Source: an uncultured Clostridia bacterium
GTDB lineage: Bacteria > Bacillota > Clostridia > TANB77 > CAG-465
DNA: 64,000 nucleotides
Direction of reading: 5' to 3'
Assembly: GCA_944388545.1 (NCBI GenBank)
Contig: CALXJE010000003.1
Location: 9,436 to 73,435, forward strand
The stretch's first letter is position 1; every line of letters begins with the position of its first letter. Shown in pieces: positions 1 to 10,186 of the stretch. Position numbers and translations under genes: made by a program. Below the pieces are notes generated by a model. It was not told the origin of the DNA. It was given only the letters and a program-made list of their open reading frames with translations, and made no database searches.

Positions 1-674
1 ATGAAGAATTAAATGCATTATCAGAAACATTAGGAGATATAGATAATTATGATAAATATGCAATAACAACGGGAAGAGTGTTTAATAAAGCTAAAAAAAT
101 ATTAAAATATCAAGGAACAAAAACAGCTGAAAATATAGAAAAATTTTTGAAAGATGCAAATACATTCAGTGATGATATAAAATTTGATACTTCTATAGAA
201 AAGGATAATGTATTATCGCATGATATATTAAATTCTTGGAAGAATGTAGACGATAAATTAACTTTTACAGATGCATCATTTAGCATTGAAAAATATATAG
301 AAAAAATAGAAGAATATAAAGATTCTGGAAAAGAATTAACAAAAGATCAAGACAGAATATATAAAGATGCAATGAACATAAAAGAAAGATTAAAAAATTA
401 TAGAAAGGCTGTAGATGCAAATGGAGAAGTAACTATGGACAGAGATGCTAAAACACATAATTCTGTATTTTATAGTATGTTCAAAAATAGATTTAAAGAT
501 AATTCTAGGTCTCTTCCAGAAACACGTGAGGATAATTCAAATCAAAGCCCTATTGTATCAGATAAGGTATTAGATCTTAGTTCTATGGTAAATACTGATA
601 TTACAAGTAGTGATTTGCAAACAAGTAGAGAGGACAATGTTAAAGTAAAAGAAACTGATAATATGCAAAGATAG
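1..674 (+). CDS. hypothetical protein (5' end probably outside the window)
   Basis: The frame of track ORF 78..674 stays open back to base 3 (EELNALSETLGDIDNYDKYAITTGR precedes the GTG at 78). The gene therefore likely starts upstream of the window. It is Lys/Asp/Glu-rich and I recognised no motif. Confidence 0.4.
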   Translation, partial: EELNALSETLGDIDNYDKYAITTGRVFNKAKKILKYQGTKTAENIEKFLKDANTFSDDIKFDTSIEKDNVLSHDILNSWKNVDDKLTFTDASFSIEKYIEKIEEYKDSGKELTKDQDRIYKDAMNIKERLKNYRKAVDANGEVTMDRDAKTHNSVFYSMFKNRFKDNSRSLPETREDNSNQSPIVSDKVLDLSSMVNTDITSSDLQTSREDNVKVKETDNMQR

Positions 675-734
675 ATATTTATGAGAAATGTTAGTAGGGT
701 ACATTTCTCATAAATCATATATTAGGAGGATAAA

Positions 735-1475
735 ATGTCAAAAACAGTTTTAGTAACAGGTGCAGCAAGAGGAATAGGAAAAGAAATAGCAAAAATATTT
801 GCTAAAAATAAATATAATGTACTTATAAATTACAACAAGAGTAGTAAAATGGCGGAAATAACTGCAAATAAATTAATAGGGCAAGGATATAACGTTAAAA
901 TATTTAAAGCAGATGTTTCAAATAGAACAGAAGTAAATAATATGATTACTTATTGCATAAAAGAGTTTGGTAGTTTAGATGTTGTTGTAAATAATGCAGG
1001 AATAACAAATACAAGTATGTTTACAGAAATGACTACTAAGAGCTGGAATGATATTATGGATATAAATTTAAACGGAGTTTTTAATGTTACTCAAGAGGCA
1101 TTAAAACAATATATGATAAACCATAAGAATGGGGCTATAATAAATATTTCCTCAATTGATGGAATAGTGGGTTCTTCTTGTGAAGTGGCATATTCAGCAT
1201 CTAAATCTGCAATTATTGGATTTACAAAGGCGTTAGCAAAAGAGCTAGCATTATCCAATATTACAGTAAATGCTATTGCACCTGGTGCAATTAGCACTGA
1301 TATGCTATATGATAATTATGAAGAAGATGATTTAGAATGTGTAAGAAAAGAAATTCCTATGCAAAGATTTGGAACAGCCGAAGAAATTGCAGAATTAGTA
1401 TATTTTTTAGCATCTGAAAAGGCGAGATATATAACAGGACAGGTAATTAGTCCAAATGGTGGGAGTGTAGTATAA
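735..1475 (+). CDS. short-chain dehydrogenase/reductase, FabG-like 3-oxoacyl-ACP reductase
   Basis: TGAARGIGKEIA Rossmann motif, NNAGI, and catalytic Y-x-x-x-K (YSASKSA). An AGGAGGA RBS sits just upstream of the ATG. Confidence 0.7.
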   Translation: MSKTVLVTGAARGIGKEIAKIFAKNKYNVLINYNKSSKMAEITANKLIGQGYNVKIFKADVSNRTEVNNMITYCIKEFGSLDVVVNNAGITNTSMFTEMTTKSWNDIMDINLNGVFNVTQEALKQYMINHKNGAIINISSIDGIVGSSCEVAYSASKSAIIGFTKALAKELALSNITVNAIAPGAISTDMLYDNYEEDDLECVRKEIPMQRFGTAEEIAELVYFLASEKARYITGQVISPNGGSVV

Positions 1476-1477
1476 TA

Positions 1478-1981
1478 GTGAATAAAAAGGAATGTATATG
1501 TAAAAAATTAAATGATATGAATATAAAATATACAGTTATAAATCATAGAGCTATATTTAGTGAGAAAGATATTAACACAGATTTTTTTGACAAGGATATA
1601 ATTATTGGTAAAAATTTATTTTTAAGAAATGATAAAAAAACTAATTATTATTTGTTTTCTCTTCCGCTTAATAAAAGAGCAAATCTTGAAGAACTTGCTA
1701 AGAAATTAAACGAAAAAAGATTTAGTTTTGCAAATGAAAAAGAATTAGATTATTACTTAAATATATCTGCAGGTTCGGTATCATATTTAAATGTAATAAC
1801 TGCAGCAGAAGTTAGTGATAACTTTAAAAATGTTATATATGTTATAGATAAAGAACTTTTAAATGGAGATAAAATAGGGTTTCACCCTAGTGATAATACA
1901 GCAACTATAATTACAACACCGGATAGTATTTTAAAAATATATGATGAATATAATTTAAAATATTGTATTATAGATATATAG
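1478..1981 (+). CDS. YbaK/ProX-type aminoacyl-tRNA trans-editing domain protein (tentative)
   Basis: 167 aa with a GTG start 3 nt after the upstream stop. It resembles YbaK/EbsC-family deacylases (SAGSVSYLN, GFHPSDNTATI). The assignment rests on family resemblance only. Confidence 0.45.
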   Translation: MNKKECICKKLNDMNIKYTVINHRAIFSEKDINTDFFDKDIIIGKNLFLRNDKKTNYYLFSLPLNKRANLEELAKKLNEKRFSFANEKELDYYLNISAGSVSYLNVITAAEVSDNFKNVIYVIDKELLNGDKIGFHPSDNTATIITTPDSILKIYDEYNLKYCIIDI

Positions 1982-1991
1982 GAGGAAGTAT

Positions 1992-2696
1992 ATGAAGTAT
2001 AAAAGAGTATTAATTAAAATAAGTGGTGAAGCACTTGGAAATGAAGATGGAAGAGGAATTAGTGACCAAAAACTTAGAATAGTTGCAGATCAAGTTGTAA
2101 AAATAAGTAATGAAGGAGTAGAGTGTTGTATAGTTATAGGAGCAGGAAACTTTTGGAGAGGAAAATATGGTTATGATTATATGAGAAGAACAACATCTGA
2201 TTATATGGGAATGATGGCTACGACTATAAACGCATTAGCACTTCAAGATATAATTGAAAGTAAAGGAGTGCCAGTAAGAGTGCAAGCTGCAATAGAAATG
2301 AAACAAGTAGCAGAACCATATATTGAAAGAAAAGCAATAAGACATCTAGAAAAAGGTAGAGTAGTAATTTTTGCTTGTGGTACAGGTAATCCATACTTTA
2401 CAACAGATACAGCTGCAGCTCTAAGAGCGGTTGAAACGAACTCAGAAGTTATACTTCTTGCTAAAAATGTAGATGGTGTATATAATAAAGATCCAAGAAA
2501 CAATAGCGATGCAGTGAGGTATAATGATATAACTTATATGAAGGTAATAAATGATAGATTAAAGGTTATGGACGCAACAGCTATTACACTTTGTATGGAA
2601 AATAATATACCTATATTAGTATTTGGACTTTTAGAAAAAGATTCTATATATAGAGTTGTAAATGGTGAGAATTTAGGCACCGTTATAGACAAATAA
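1992..2696 (+). CDS. pyrH: UMP kinase
   Basis: KRVLIKISGEALG N-terminus, GAGNFWRG, and NPYFTTDTAAALRA. Full length at 234 aa, with a GGAGGA RBS. Confidence 0.9.
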   Translation: MKYKRVLIKISGEALGNEDGRGISDQKLRIVADQVVKISNEGVECCIVIGAGNFWRGKYGYDYMRRTTSDYMGMMATTINALALQDIIESKGVPVRVQAAIEMKQVAEPYIERKAIRHLEKGRVVIFACGTGNPYFTTDTAAALRAVETNSEVILLAKNVDGVYNKDPRNNSDAVRYNDITYMKVINDRLKVMDATAITLCMENNIPILVFGLLEKDSIYRVVNGENLGTVIDK

Positions 2697-2815
2697 AAAA
2701 ATACGTTTAAAATAACATGATTTTTAGACACTCCAACTTAAGTTATAGGCTCAAATTTATTTTAGTTTAAGTACTTCTATTTTTATATAGTGTATGATAT
2801 AATATAATTATATAT

Positions 2816-3173
2816 GGGGATGTAAGGTTTCGACGGATATTTTGAAGTATGGATAGCGAGTAGTGGATTCTCGTTGGCCACTATAAAAACGAGAAATAAA
2901 TATAAACGCAGATAACAATAGTTATGCAATGGCTGCTTAATTTTAAGCACCACGCCAAGAAATCTTTTGCCATAGGGGATTTCAAGGTGTCGATTTATAT
3001 GGCATAACAAATCTATTTTTTCTATTAAAATAGAGGGTATTTTAAATAGATACTATAAACTGGTTTTGTAAATGTTATAAAGTTTATGGGAATTAATTAA
3101 ACATTTACTGCACTCGGAGAAGTCTATATGGAAAGATTTTCGGACACGAGTTCAAGTCTCGTCATCTCCACCA
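2816..3173 (+). ncRNA. ssrA: tmRNA (SsrA)
   Basis: The 5' GGGGATGTAAGGTTTCGACGG pairs with the 3' ...GGACACGAGTTCAAGTCTCGTCATCTCCACCA, giving a tRNA-Ala-like acceptor/T-arm that ends in CCA. The internal tag ORF at 2908..2940 (gca gat aac aat agt tat gca atg gct gct taa) encodes ADNNSYAMAA. An extended -10 TGATATAAT lies at 2795..2803. Confidence 0.92.
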
Positions 3174-3211
3174 GTAACGTTTCTGTTCAAGCTATTGATC
3201 AGATAAAGACG

Positions 3212-3245
3212 AAAATCAATCAGTAAAATGGTTGATTTTTTATTT
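3212..3245 (+). terminator. putative intrinsic terminator after tmRNA
   Basis: AAAATCAA-loop-TTGATTTT hairpin followed by a T-run. Confidence 0.4.
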
Positions 3246-3329
3246 ATATAAAATTTGACGTTAAATAAACTTAAAAGGTTTCATTAAAGAAAAATATAAT
3301 GTATAATAACGATGTAAAGAGGTGATACT

Positions 3330-3890
3330 GTGGAAAATGTATTAGAAATAGTTATGGCTGTATCAACATTTATGTATTCATTTTTAATTCTTTACTTAAA
3401 GCGATCCTCCTTCATATTTGGAGTACTTGCATCAGGAATAATGGGGTATATATTAATATTAGAAGGAGTTTATGTACAAGCAATATTGCATTTTATGTAT
3501 GTTGTTATGTATATTTATTCGTTTTTTAGCTGGAGTACAAAAAATCCACCTAAAGTATCTAATATTACTAAAAAAGGGCTAATAGTGAGTTTAATATATA
3601 TATTAACATTTAGTTTAGTAATGGGATTTGCTTTTTCAAAAATCGAAGCAAGTTATCCATATATAGATGCATTTAGTGCGGCGTGTTCTATGACGGCTGT
3701 TTTCTTACTAAGTAGAAAAGTTATAGAGCATTCATATATTTTTATTGCATCTAATATAGCTTCTATTTGGATTTGTTATATGACAGAAGATTATGTAACC
3801 ATATTATCTTTTGTGGTATATATGATATTTAATATTATAAGAATATATGTATGGGAAAAAATAAGAAATAAAGAAAAATTAACTATATAA
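3330..3890 (+). CDS. PnuC-like nicotinamide riboside transporter (tentative)
   Basis: 186 aa multi-pass membrane protein with a GTG start after a GAGGTGA RBS. Size, TM pattern and the FFSWSTKNP segment resemble the PnuC family. Confidence 0.5.
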   Translation: MENVLEIVMAVSTFMYSFLILYLKRSSFIFGVLASGIMGYILILEGVYVQAILHFMYVVMYIYSFFSWSTKNPPKVSNITKKGLIVSLIYILTFSLVMGFAFSKIEASYPYIDAFSAACSMTAVFLLSRKVIEHSYIFIASNIASIWICYMTEDYVTILSFVVYMIFNIIRIYVWEKIRNKEKLTI

Positions 3891-3904
3891 GAAGGAGGTA
3901 TATA

Positions 3905-4861
3905 ATGATAGAAATATTTAAGACTAATGATAATTTAAAAAAAATTGAAAAGATTAATCAGATAGAAAAAGGTGCATGGATAAATTTATATAATCCAACT
4001 CATGAAGAAATTGAATATATAATAAATAAAACAGGTGCAGATAGAGGATTTATTGAAAATTCATTAGATACAGAGGAAAGATCACATATAGATATAGAAG
4101 ATGAACAAGCATTGATATCTATAAATGTACCTGTAAAAGAGATGACCGCAAAAGCAACTAAAGTAAAAAGATATACTACAATACCACTTGGAATGATAAT
4201 AATTAAAGATGATTATATTATAACGGTATCATCAGAAAAGTTAGAAGTATTAAATAGTATAACAAGTGAAAGAATTATTTTAGGTGAATTTGCTACATAT
4301 AAAAAATCTAGAATTATTTTTCAAGTATTATATAAAGTTGCAGAAGAATATATAGGTTTTCTAGATATAATAAATAAAGATATTGAAAAGTTTGAAGAGA
4401 AATTAGAGAAAACTATGCAAAATAAGGAATTAATAAAACTAATACATTTTCAAAAAAGTATGATATATTTTGATGCAGCACTTAAATCTAATCAATCGGT
4501 AATGGAAAGATTAAAAAGAGGAAAAATTATCAAGTTGTATGATGAAGATGAAGATATATTAGAAGATGCTGCTATAGAAAATAGACAAGCAATGGAAATG
4601 GTTACAACATATAGTGAAATATTAAATGGTATGATAGAAGTTTTTGGAACTATGGTTTCAAATAATCTTAATATAGTAATGAAATTTTTAACGTCAATAA
4701 CAATATTAATATCAATTCCAACATTGATAGCTAGTATATTAGGAATGAATGTTGTGTTCCCATTTGCTACAAATATAGTGGGATTTTGGATAGTTATGTT
4801 AGTTTCAATTGTAGCTACAGTAATTACATGGGCATATTTAAAGAAGAAAGATTTAATATAA
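3905..4861 (+). CDS. corA: CorA-family magnesium/cobalt transporter
   Basis: 318 aa with two C-terminal TM helices and the signature GMN motif (ILGMNVVFPF). Confidence 0.85.
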   Translation: MIEIFKTNDNLKKIEKINQIEKGAWINLYNPTHEEIEYIINKTGADRGFIENSLDTEERSHIDIEDEQALISINVPVKEMTAKATKVKRYTTIPLGMIIIKDDYIITVSSEKLEVLNSITSERIILGEFATYKKSRIIFQVLYKVAEEYIGFLDIINKDIEKFEEKLEKTMQNKELIKLIHFQKSMIYFDAALKSNQSVMERLKRGKIIKLYDEDEDILEDAAIENRQAMEMVTTYSEILNGMIEVFGTMVSNNLNIVMKFLTSITILISIPTLIASILGMNVVFPFATNIVGFWIVMLVSIVATVITWAYLKKKDLI

Positions 4862-4878
4862 TAAAATAAGGAGAAGTT

Positions 4879-6249
4879 ATGGCAAAAGAGAAGATAGTAT
4901 TTTTTTGTAAAGAATGTGGATATGAAAGCTCAAAATGGCTTGGAAAATGTCCTGCTTGTAATAATTGGAATAGTTTTATAGAGGAAAAAGTAAAGATTAA
5001 TGCAGGAAAGGGAACAAGTACAAAGTATAAAGTAGGAGAAGCTACAGTAAAAAAATTAAATGATATACAAAATATCGAAAAAAATAGATTGGATACAGGA
5101 TATGAGGAACTTAATAGAGTTTTAGGGGGAGGATTAGTAGATGGCTCTCTTGTGCTTCTTGGGGGAGAACCTGGTATAGGAAAATCCACGTTAGTTTTAC
5201 AAATATGTAATAATTTAGCAAAGCATGGAACTTTATTATATGTATCTGGTGAGGAATCAGATACGCAAATAAAAATGCGAGCAGATAGATTAAAAGTAAA
5301 TAGCGAAAACTTACTTTTTTTAGGAGAAACAAATATAAATGAAATAGAAGCTCAAATAGAAAAAATAAATCCAAAATTTTGTATAATAGACTCTATACAA
5401 ACTATGTATGACGAGGAAATCTCTTCTGCATCAGGAAACATATCACAAGTAAGAGAAGTTACAGCAAGACTTATGAATATAGCTAAAAGTAAAAACATAA
5501 GTATGATAGTGATAGGTCATGTTACTAAAGATGGTAATATAGCAGGTCCAAGACTTTTAGAACATATGGTAGATGTAGTGTTATATATCGAGGGTGAAAG
5601 ATTTTTAAGTCATAGGATAGTAAGAGGAGTAAAAAATAGATTTGGTTCTACTAATGAAATAGGAATATTTGAAATGAAAGAAGAGGGATTGGTAGAAGTA
5701 AACAACATGTCTGAGATATTTTTAAATAGAGATGAGAGTTCTCTTCCTGGAACGGTTACTACAGCTATACTAGAAGGAAATTCCACTCTTGCAATAGAAG
5801 TTCAAGCACTAACTACACATTCATATTATAACATGCCAAGAAGAGTAGCTAATGGTGTCGATTTTAATAGACTTAGTATGATAATAGCAGTAATTGAAAA
5901 AATGTGTGGTATAAATTTGGGAACCCAAGATATATATATTAATGTTATAGGAGGATTAAAAATAACAGAAACATCAGCAGATATTGCTATAGCATTTGCA
6001 ATAATTTCTAGTTATAAAGGGATACCAATTTCTAAAGATAGTGTTTTTTTAGGAGAAATTGCATTAAATGGTCAAATTAGAAATGTAGTTAATATAGAAA
6101 AAAGACTAAAAGAACTAGAAAAAATAGGATATAAAAAAATATATGCACCTAAAAAACAAATTGATAATTTAAAAGATACATATAACATGAAAATGGTAAA
6201 ATTAAATGATATTCAAAGTATAGTAGAAAAATTTTTAAGTAGTAAATAA
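4879..6249 (+). CDS. radA: DNA repair protein RadA/Sms
   Basis: N-terminal zinc ribbon CKECGYES...CPACNNWNSF, Walker A GGEPGIGKSTL, the RadA-specific KNRFG motif, and a Lon-like C-terminal domain. Confidence 0.95.
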   Translation: MAKEKIVFFCKECGYESSKWLGKCPACNNWNSFIEEKVKINAGKGTSTKYKVGEATVKKLNDIQNIEKNRLDTGYEELNRVLGGGLVDGSLVLLGGEPGIGKSTLVLQICNNLAKHGTLLYVSGEESDTQIKMRADRLKVNSENLLFLGETNINEIEAQIEKINPKFCIIDSIQTMYDEEISSASGNISQVREVTARLMNIAKSKNISMIVIGHVTKDGNIAGPRLLEHMVDVVLYIEGERFLSHRIVRGVKNRFGSTNEIGIFEMKEEGLVEVNNMSEIFLNRDESSLPGTVTTAILEGNSTLAIEVQALTTHSYYNMPRRVANGVDFNRLSMIIAVIEKMCGINLGTQDIYINVIGGLKITETSADIAIAFAIISSYKGIPISKDSVFLGEIALNGQIRNVVNIEKRLKELEKIGYKKIYAPKKQIDNLKDTYNMKMVKLNDIQSIVEKFLSSK

Positions 6250-6259
6250 GGAGCATAAA

Positions 6260-7333
6260 ATGATAGAAAAAGATATTTTAGATATAATTAAGAAAATAGC
6301 ACCTGGAACTAAAATTAGAGAAGGATTAGATAATATTCTTAAAGCTAAAACTGGTGCATTGATAGTGGTAGGAGATACAGATGAAGTAATGAAGGTAGTT
6401 GACGGAGGATTTGAAATTAATCAAGATTATACACCAGCAAAAATTTATGAACTTGCTAAAATGGATGGAGCTATAATTGTAAGTAAAGATTTTAAAAAGA
6501 TATTAAAAGCAAACGTAGAACTTATTCCAGATTATAAAATAAATACAATAGAAACAGGGACTAGGCATAGATCAGCAGAAAGAGTTGCAAAACAAACAGG
6601 AGAATTAGTCATTTGTATATCCCAAAGAAGAGGTATTATAACATTATTTATCGGTAATAATAGGTATATTATAAATGAAACGGATACAATAATAATGAGA
6701 GCAAATCAAGCATTAGAGGTTATGGAAAAATATAAATCTATATTTGATTATACTATATCCAATTTGAACGAACAGGAATTAGACAATATTGTATCTTTAG
6801 ATGTAGTAACTAATGCTATATATCGATCAGAAATGGTAATCAGAATGCAAGAAGAAGTAGAAAAAAATATAATAGAATTAGGAACAGAAGGAAGGCTTAT
6901 TGAAATTCAAGTAAAAGAACTATTACATGGAGTTGAAGCAGAAGAAAGAAAAATTATTCAGGACTATACTTTAAATAGCAAGAAAGTTAAGTCAAATATT
7001 GATAAAATAGTAGAGAATATAAAAAAATTAAGTAAAGAAGATATATTAAATGGAGAAAAGATAGCAAAAGCTTTAGGGTATAAAATAGAGCCAAATATAC
7101 TAGATGAAATTGTTATACCAAGAGGTTATAGAATACTTAGTAAAATACCTAAAATGCCAATTAGTATAATAGAAAATTTAATAGATGCATTTTATAGCCT
7201 TCAAGGAATATGTGCAGCATCAGTGAATGAACTTGATGAAGTAGATGGTATAGGATTGGCAAGGGCTAAACTAATAAATCAAACATTAAGAAAACTTCAA
7301 GAGCAATATTTGATAAAAAACTATAAATTATAA
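6260..7333 (+). CDS. disA: DNA integrity scanning protein DisA (diadenylate cyclase)
   Basis: DAC domain motifs (GALIVVGD, DGAIIV, GTRHRSAERVAKQTG) and a C-terminal helix-hairpin-helix (VDGIGLARAKLI). It sits in the conserved radA-disA arrangement. Confidence 0.9.
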   Translation: MIEKDILDIIKKIAPGTKIREGLDNILKAKTGALIVVGDTDEVMKVVDGGFEINQDYTPAKIYELAKMDGAIIVSKDFKKILKANVELIPDYKINTIETGTRHRSAERVAKQTGELVICISQRRGIITLFIGNNRYIINETDTIIMRANQALEVMEKYKSIFDYTISNLNEQELDNIVSLDVVTNAIYRSEMVIRMQEEVEKNIIELGTEGRLIEIQVKELLHGVEAEERKIIQDYTLNSKKVKSNIDKIVENIKKLSKEDILNGEKIAKALGYKIEPNILDEIVIPRGYRILSKIPKMPISIIENLIDAFYSLQGICAASVNELDEVDGIGLARAKLINQTLRKLQEQYLIKNYKL

Positions 7334-7456
7334 AAAACTATATTATATAAATGTAACAACAATATATTATTTGTATTAAATTTTTGTAACATATATTGTT
7401 ATAAAATACAATTGGTGTTATACTTCTAACATAGAATAACAGATGAGGAGGATATT

Positions 7457-7699
7457 ATGAAAGGTTTTTGGAAAAAAGAGTGGGAATTATTTTTAAAAGA
7501 TATGCAAGAGTTAGGTGAGTTTTTTTTGCAACCAGTTACTTTTGGTAAAAAAGATTTAATGCTTAAACCTACAAAAGAAGAAGTTATAGAAAAATCAGAA
7601 ACAGTTGGAACTTCATTCTGGCAAAGAGAAAAACAAGCATTTTTAAATGATATGCAAGAATTAGGTGAATTCTTTATGCAACCAGTTACATTTAAATAG
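7457..7699 (+). CDS. small hypothetical protein made of two tandem ~27-aa repeats
   Basis: A strong GAGGAGG RBS precedes the ATG. FWKKEWELFLKDMQELGEFFLQPVTFGKK is repeated as FWQREKQAFLNDMQELGEFFMQPVTFK. A strong hairpin follows the gene. Confidence 0.5.
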   Translation: MKGFWKKEWELFLKDMQELGEFFLQPVTFGKKDLMLKPTKEEVIEKSETVGTSFWQREKQAFLNDMQELGEFFMQPVTFK

Positions 7700-7722
7700 A
7701 CTTGTATAAATAAAATTATAAA

Positions 7723-7782
7723 GCAAACAAAAAAGCTATTTATTTATAATGTAAATAGCCTTTTTATGTTTGCTTTTTTTTT
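7723..7782. terminator. bidirectional intrinsic terminator between convergent genes
   Basis: Nested hairpin GCAAACA...GCTATTTA-loop-TAAATAGC...TGTTTGC, flanked by A-runs on one side and T-runs on the other. Confidence 0.6.
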
Positions 7783-7785
7783 AAT

Positions 7786-8760
7786 TTAATCTACAACTAA
7801 TTCATTAATATTTGATATAGTTTTAGCGATAATTCTTTGAACTGCTTCAATACTATTGAATGCGTTATGAGGTGTGATAACTACATTAGAAAGTGCAGTA
7901 AGTTTCTTATTGTTTTCTATTACTTTTGAAGCACCTTCAATTGGCGAATTAAACATATTTTCTTCTATTAATAAGTTTTCACCTTCTAAAACGTCTAAAC
8001 CTGCACCATATATTTTTCCTTCCTCTAGAGACTTAATTAAATCTTTGGTATTTACTAAATCACCTCTTGCAGTATTTATTAGTATAGCACCATGTTTCAT
8101 TCTATTTAAGGACTCACTATTTATTATGTGATGAGTATATTTATTTGAAGGAACATGTAGAGTAACTATATCTGAACATTCTAATAGTTCATTTAAAGAT
8201 ACATATTTAAAATTAATTATTTCTGCTAAAAAATCATCTTGTTTTATATCATAAACCCTTACATGCATACCGAAACTTCTGGCCATTCTAGCAACGTGTA
8301 AACCAATTCTACCACCACCAATTATACCAATTGTTTTATTTCTTAAATCAAAACCCATAAGACCATCAGTTGAAAAATTACCATTTGTTGTACTTATGTA
8401 TGATTCATGTATTTTTCTAGACAGTGATAAAATAAGTGCAAAAGTATGTTCAGCAACTGTATTTTCACCATATAGAGGTACGTTTTTTACAACGATTTTT
8501 TTCTCATTTGCATGCATCATATCTATATGATCTGTTCCAGTTGAACGAGTTGCGATCATTTTTAAATTAGGGCACATATCAATTATGTCTTTTGATACTT
8601 TAGAATGAACAAATACACAAAGAATATCACTATCGCTATATTCTTTAAAATCTACATTTTGTATTGGTTCTTCAAAAAATCTTGCTTTATTATGAGTATT
8701 AAATACCTTATTAAATTCTTTTTTTTCTATATCTGTAACTTCAAAAAATGAAATAACCAT
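7786..8760 (-). CDS. D-isomer-specific 2-hydroxyacid dehydrogenase (NAD-binding)
   Basis: GIIGGGRIGLHVARMARSFGMHV dinucleotide-binding motif, the ILINTARG motif, and the typical ~325 aa length. An AGGAGG RBS lies on the minus strand. Confidence 0.8.
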   Translation of the reverse strand: MVISFFEVTDIEKKEFNKVFNTHNKARFFEEPIQNVDFKEYSDSDILCVFVHSKVSKDIIDMCPNLKMIATRSTGTDHIDMMHANEKKIVVKNVPLYGENTVAEHTFALILSLSRKIHESYISTTNGNFSTDGLMGFDLRNKTIGIIGGGRIGLHVARMARSFGMHVRVYDIKQDDFLAEIINFKYVSLNELLECSDIVTLHVPSNKYTHHIINSESLNRMKHGAILINTARGDLVNTKDLIKSLEEGKIYGAGLDVLEGENLLIEENMFNSPIEGASKVIENNKKLTALSNVVITPHNAFNSIEAVQRIIAKTISNINELVVD

Positions 8761-9117
8761 AAATAACTTTCCTCCTAAAATATATAAATATTATTTGAAA
8801 TATTTTATATTATATACCAAAAGATGGTCAATATAAAGAGATATGAAAAAATATTTAATGTCTTATAATATATTTGTTACTATTCAGACTATAGGCAGAT
8901 AAGAACATAAAATTATTATTTTTTATATATAAAATTTATAAAAAAAGCAATACTGTTTTAGAATTAAGAAATATAGAGCTTTTAATATTTTTTTCTTTTT
9001 AATTTATTGGCTGGTCGGAATAGTAACATATATTTATAAAAAGTTTAATTATTCCATAAATATTGTTATTGACATTTTATATTTTGTAATATATCATACA
9101 AAACAGGAAGTGATTAC

Positions 9118-10137
9118 ATGATTATAAAATATCCAAGTAGCGTTAAAAAAGGTGATACTATAGGAATAACAGCAATATCAAGTAGTGCAAATAAAGATAA
9201 ATTAAAGGTAGCATCAAAAAATTTGAAAAATTTAGGTTATAATATAATAGAAACAGATAATACAAAAACAGAATATAAGCTTGTAAGTTCTAAAGGTGAA
9301 GTTAGAGCAAAAGAATTTATGATGCTCTGGAAAGATGAAAAGGTTAAACATATAATTTCTGCAAGAGGTGGAGAATTTGCAATGGAGATGATACCTTATC
9401 TTCATGAATATAAAGAGGAGTTACATAATCTTCCTCCTAAGTGGATGCAAGGATATTCAGATACAAGTTTAATAAATTTTTATTTAACCACAAATTACAA
9501 TATTGCAACTGTACATGCGCAAAATTTAGGAGATTATGCTATGAAAAAATTACATTCATCATTAATAGATACATTAAATATGGTTAATTTAAGTGAAAAT
9601 GAAGAATATTTTCAAGAAAGTTTTAGTAAATATTCTAAAAGAGATGATTCAGAGGACGTAGAAGCGGAATATGATTTAATATACGATAATGAATACAAAA
9701 GTATGGATGATAAAAATAATCATAAATTTTCAGGTAGACTTATAGGAGGATGTATTGATGTAATAAAAACTATATTAGGAACACCTTATGATAATGTTAA
9801 TAATTTTTGCAAGCAATTTGATGAAGGAATAATATGGTATTTAGAAAATTGTGAATTATCAGTTCCAGATTTGTATAGAGCACTGTGGCAGATGAGAGAG
9901 GCAGGTTGGTTTAATAATGTAAATGCATTCTTAATAGGTAGAACTTTTAGTAAAGATGCAGTAGGAGAATACACATATTTGAATGCATTAGAAGATTCTA
10001 TAGGAAAGTTAAATGTACCAATAATATATGATGTTGATTTAGGACATATACCACCTCAAATGACATATATAAATGGTGCATATGCTGAATTTGAATATTT
10101 AAATGGTAAAGGAATTTTAAAACAAAAATATATATAA
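9118..10137 (+). CDS. LD-carboxypeptidase (peptidase S66 family)
   Basis: ARGGEF, the nucleophile-elbow-like GYSDTS, and a C-terminal DVDLGHIPP histidine motif, all typical of the LdcA/MccF family. Confidence 0.75.
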   Translation: MIIKYPSSVKKGDTIGITAISSSANKDKLKVASKNLKNLGYNIIETDNTKTEYKLVSSKGEVRAKEFMMLWKDEKVKHIISARGGEFAMEMIPYLHEYKEELHNLPPKWMQGYSDTSLINFYLTTNYNIATVHAQNLGDYAMKKLHSSLIDTLNMVNLSENEEYFQESFSKYSKRDDSEDVEAEYDLIYDNEYKSMDDKNNHKFSGRLIGGCIDVIKTILGTPYDNVNNFCKQFDEGIIWYLENCELSVPDLYRALWQMREAGWFNNVNAFLIGRTFSKDAVGEYTYLNALEDSIGKLNVPIIYDVDLGHIPPQMTYINGAYAEFEYLNGKGILKQKYI

Positions 10138-10186
10138 ATGCACACCTTATTAGTATTTAAAATAAAATATTAATAAGGTGACGTTT

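Noticed and set aside
1091-1297. Numerous 60-160 aa ORFs antisense to or nested in well-supported genes. Examples: 1091..1297, 2243..2503, 4824..5189, 11205..11594, 38872..39264, 41117..41587, 54304..54798.
   Set aside because: Each lies entirely inside a gene with strong family motifs on the other strand or frame. They are typical shadow ORFs of AT-rich DNA.
1478-1981. A free-standing YbaK/ProX-like gene together with an editing-domain-less ProRS (22973..24406), considered as an unusual pairing.
   Set aside because: This division of labour (trans-editing factor plus archaeal-type ProRS) is a known arrangement in Clostridia-like genomes and is not novel.
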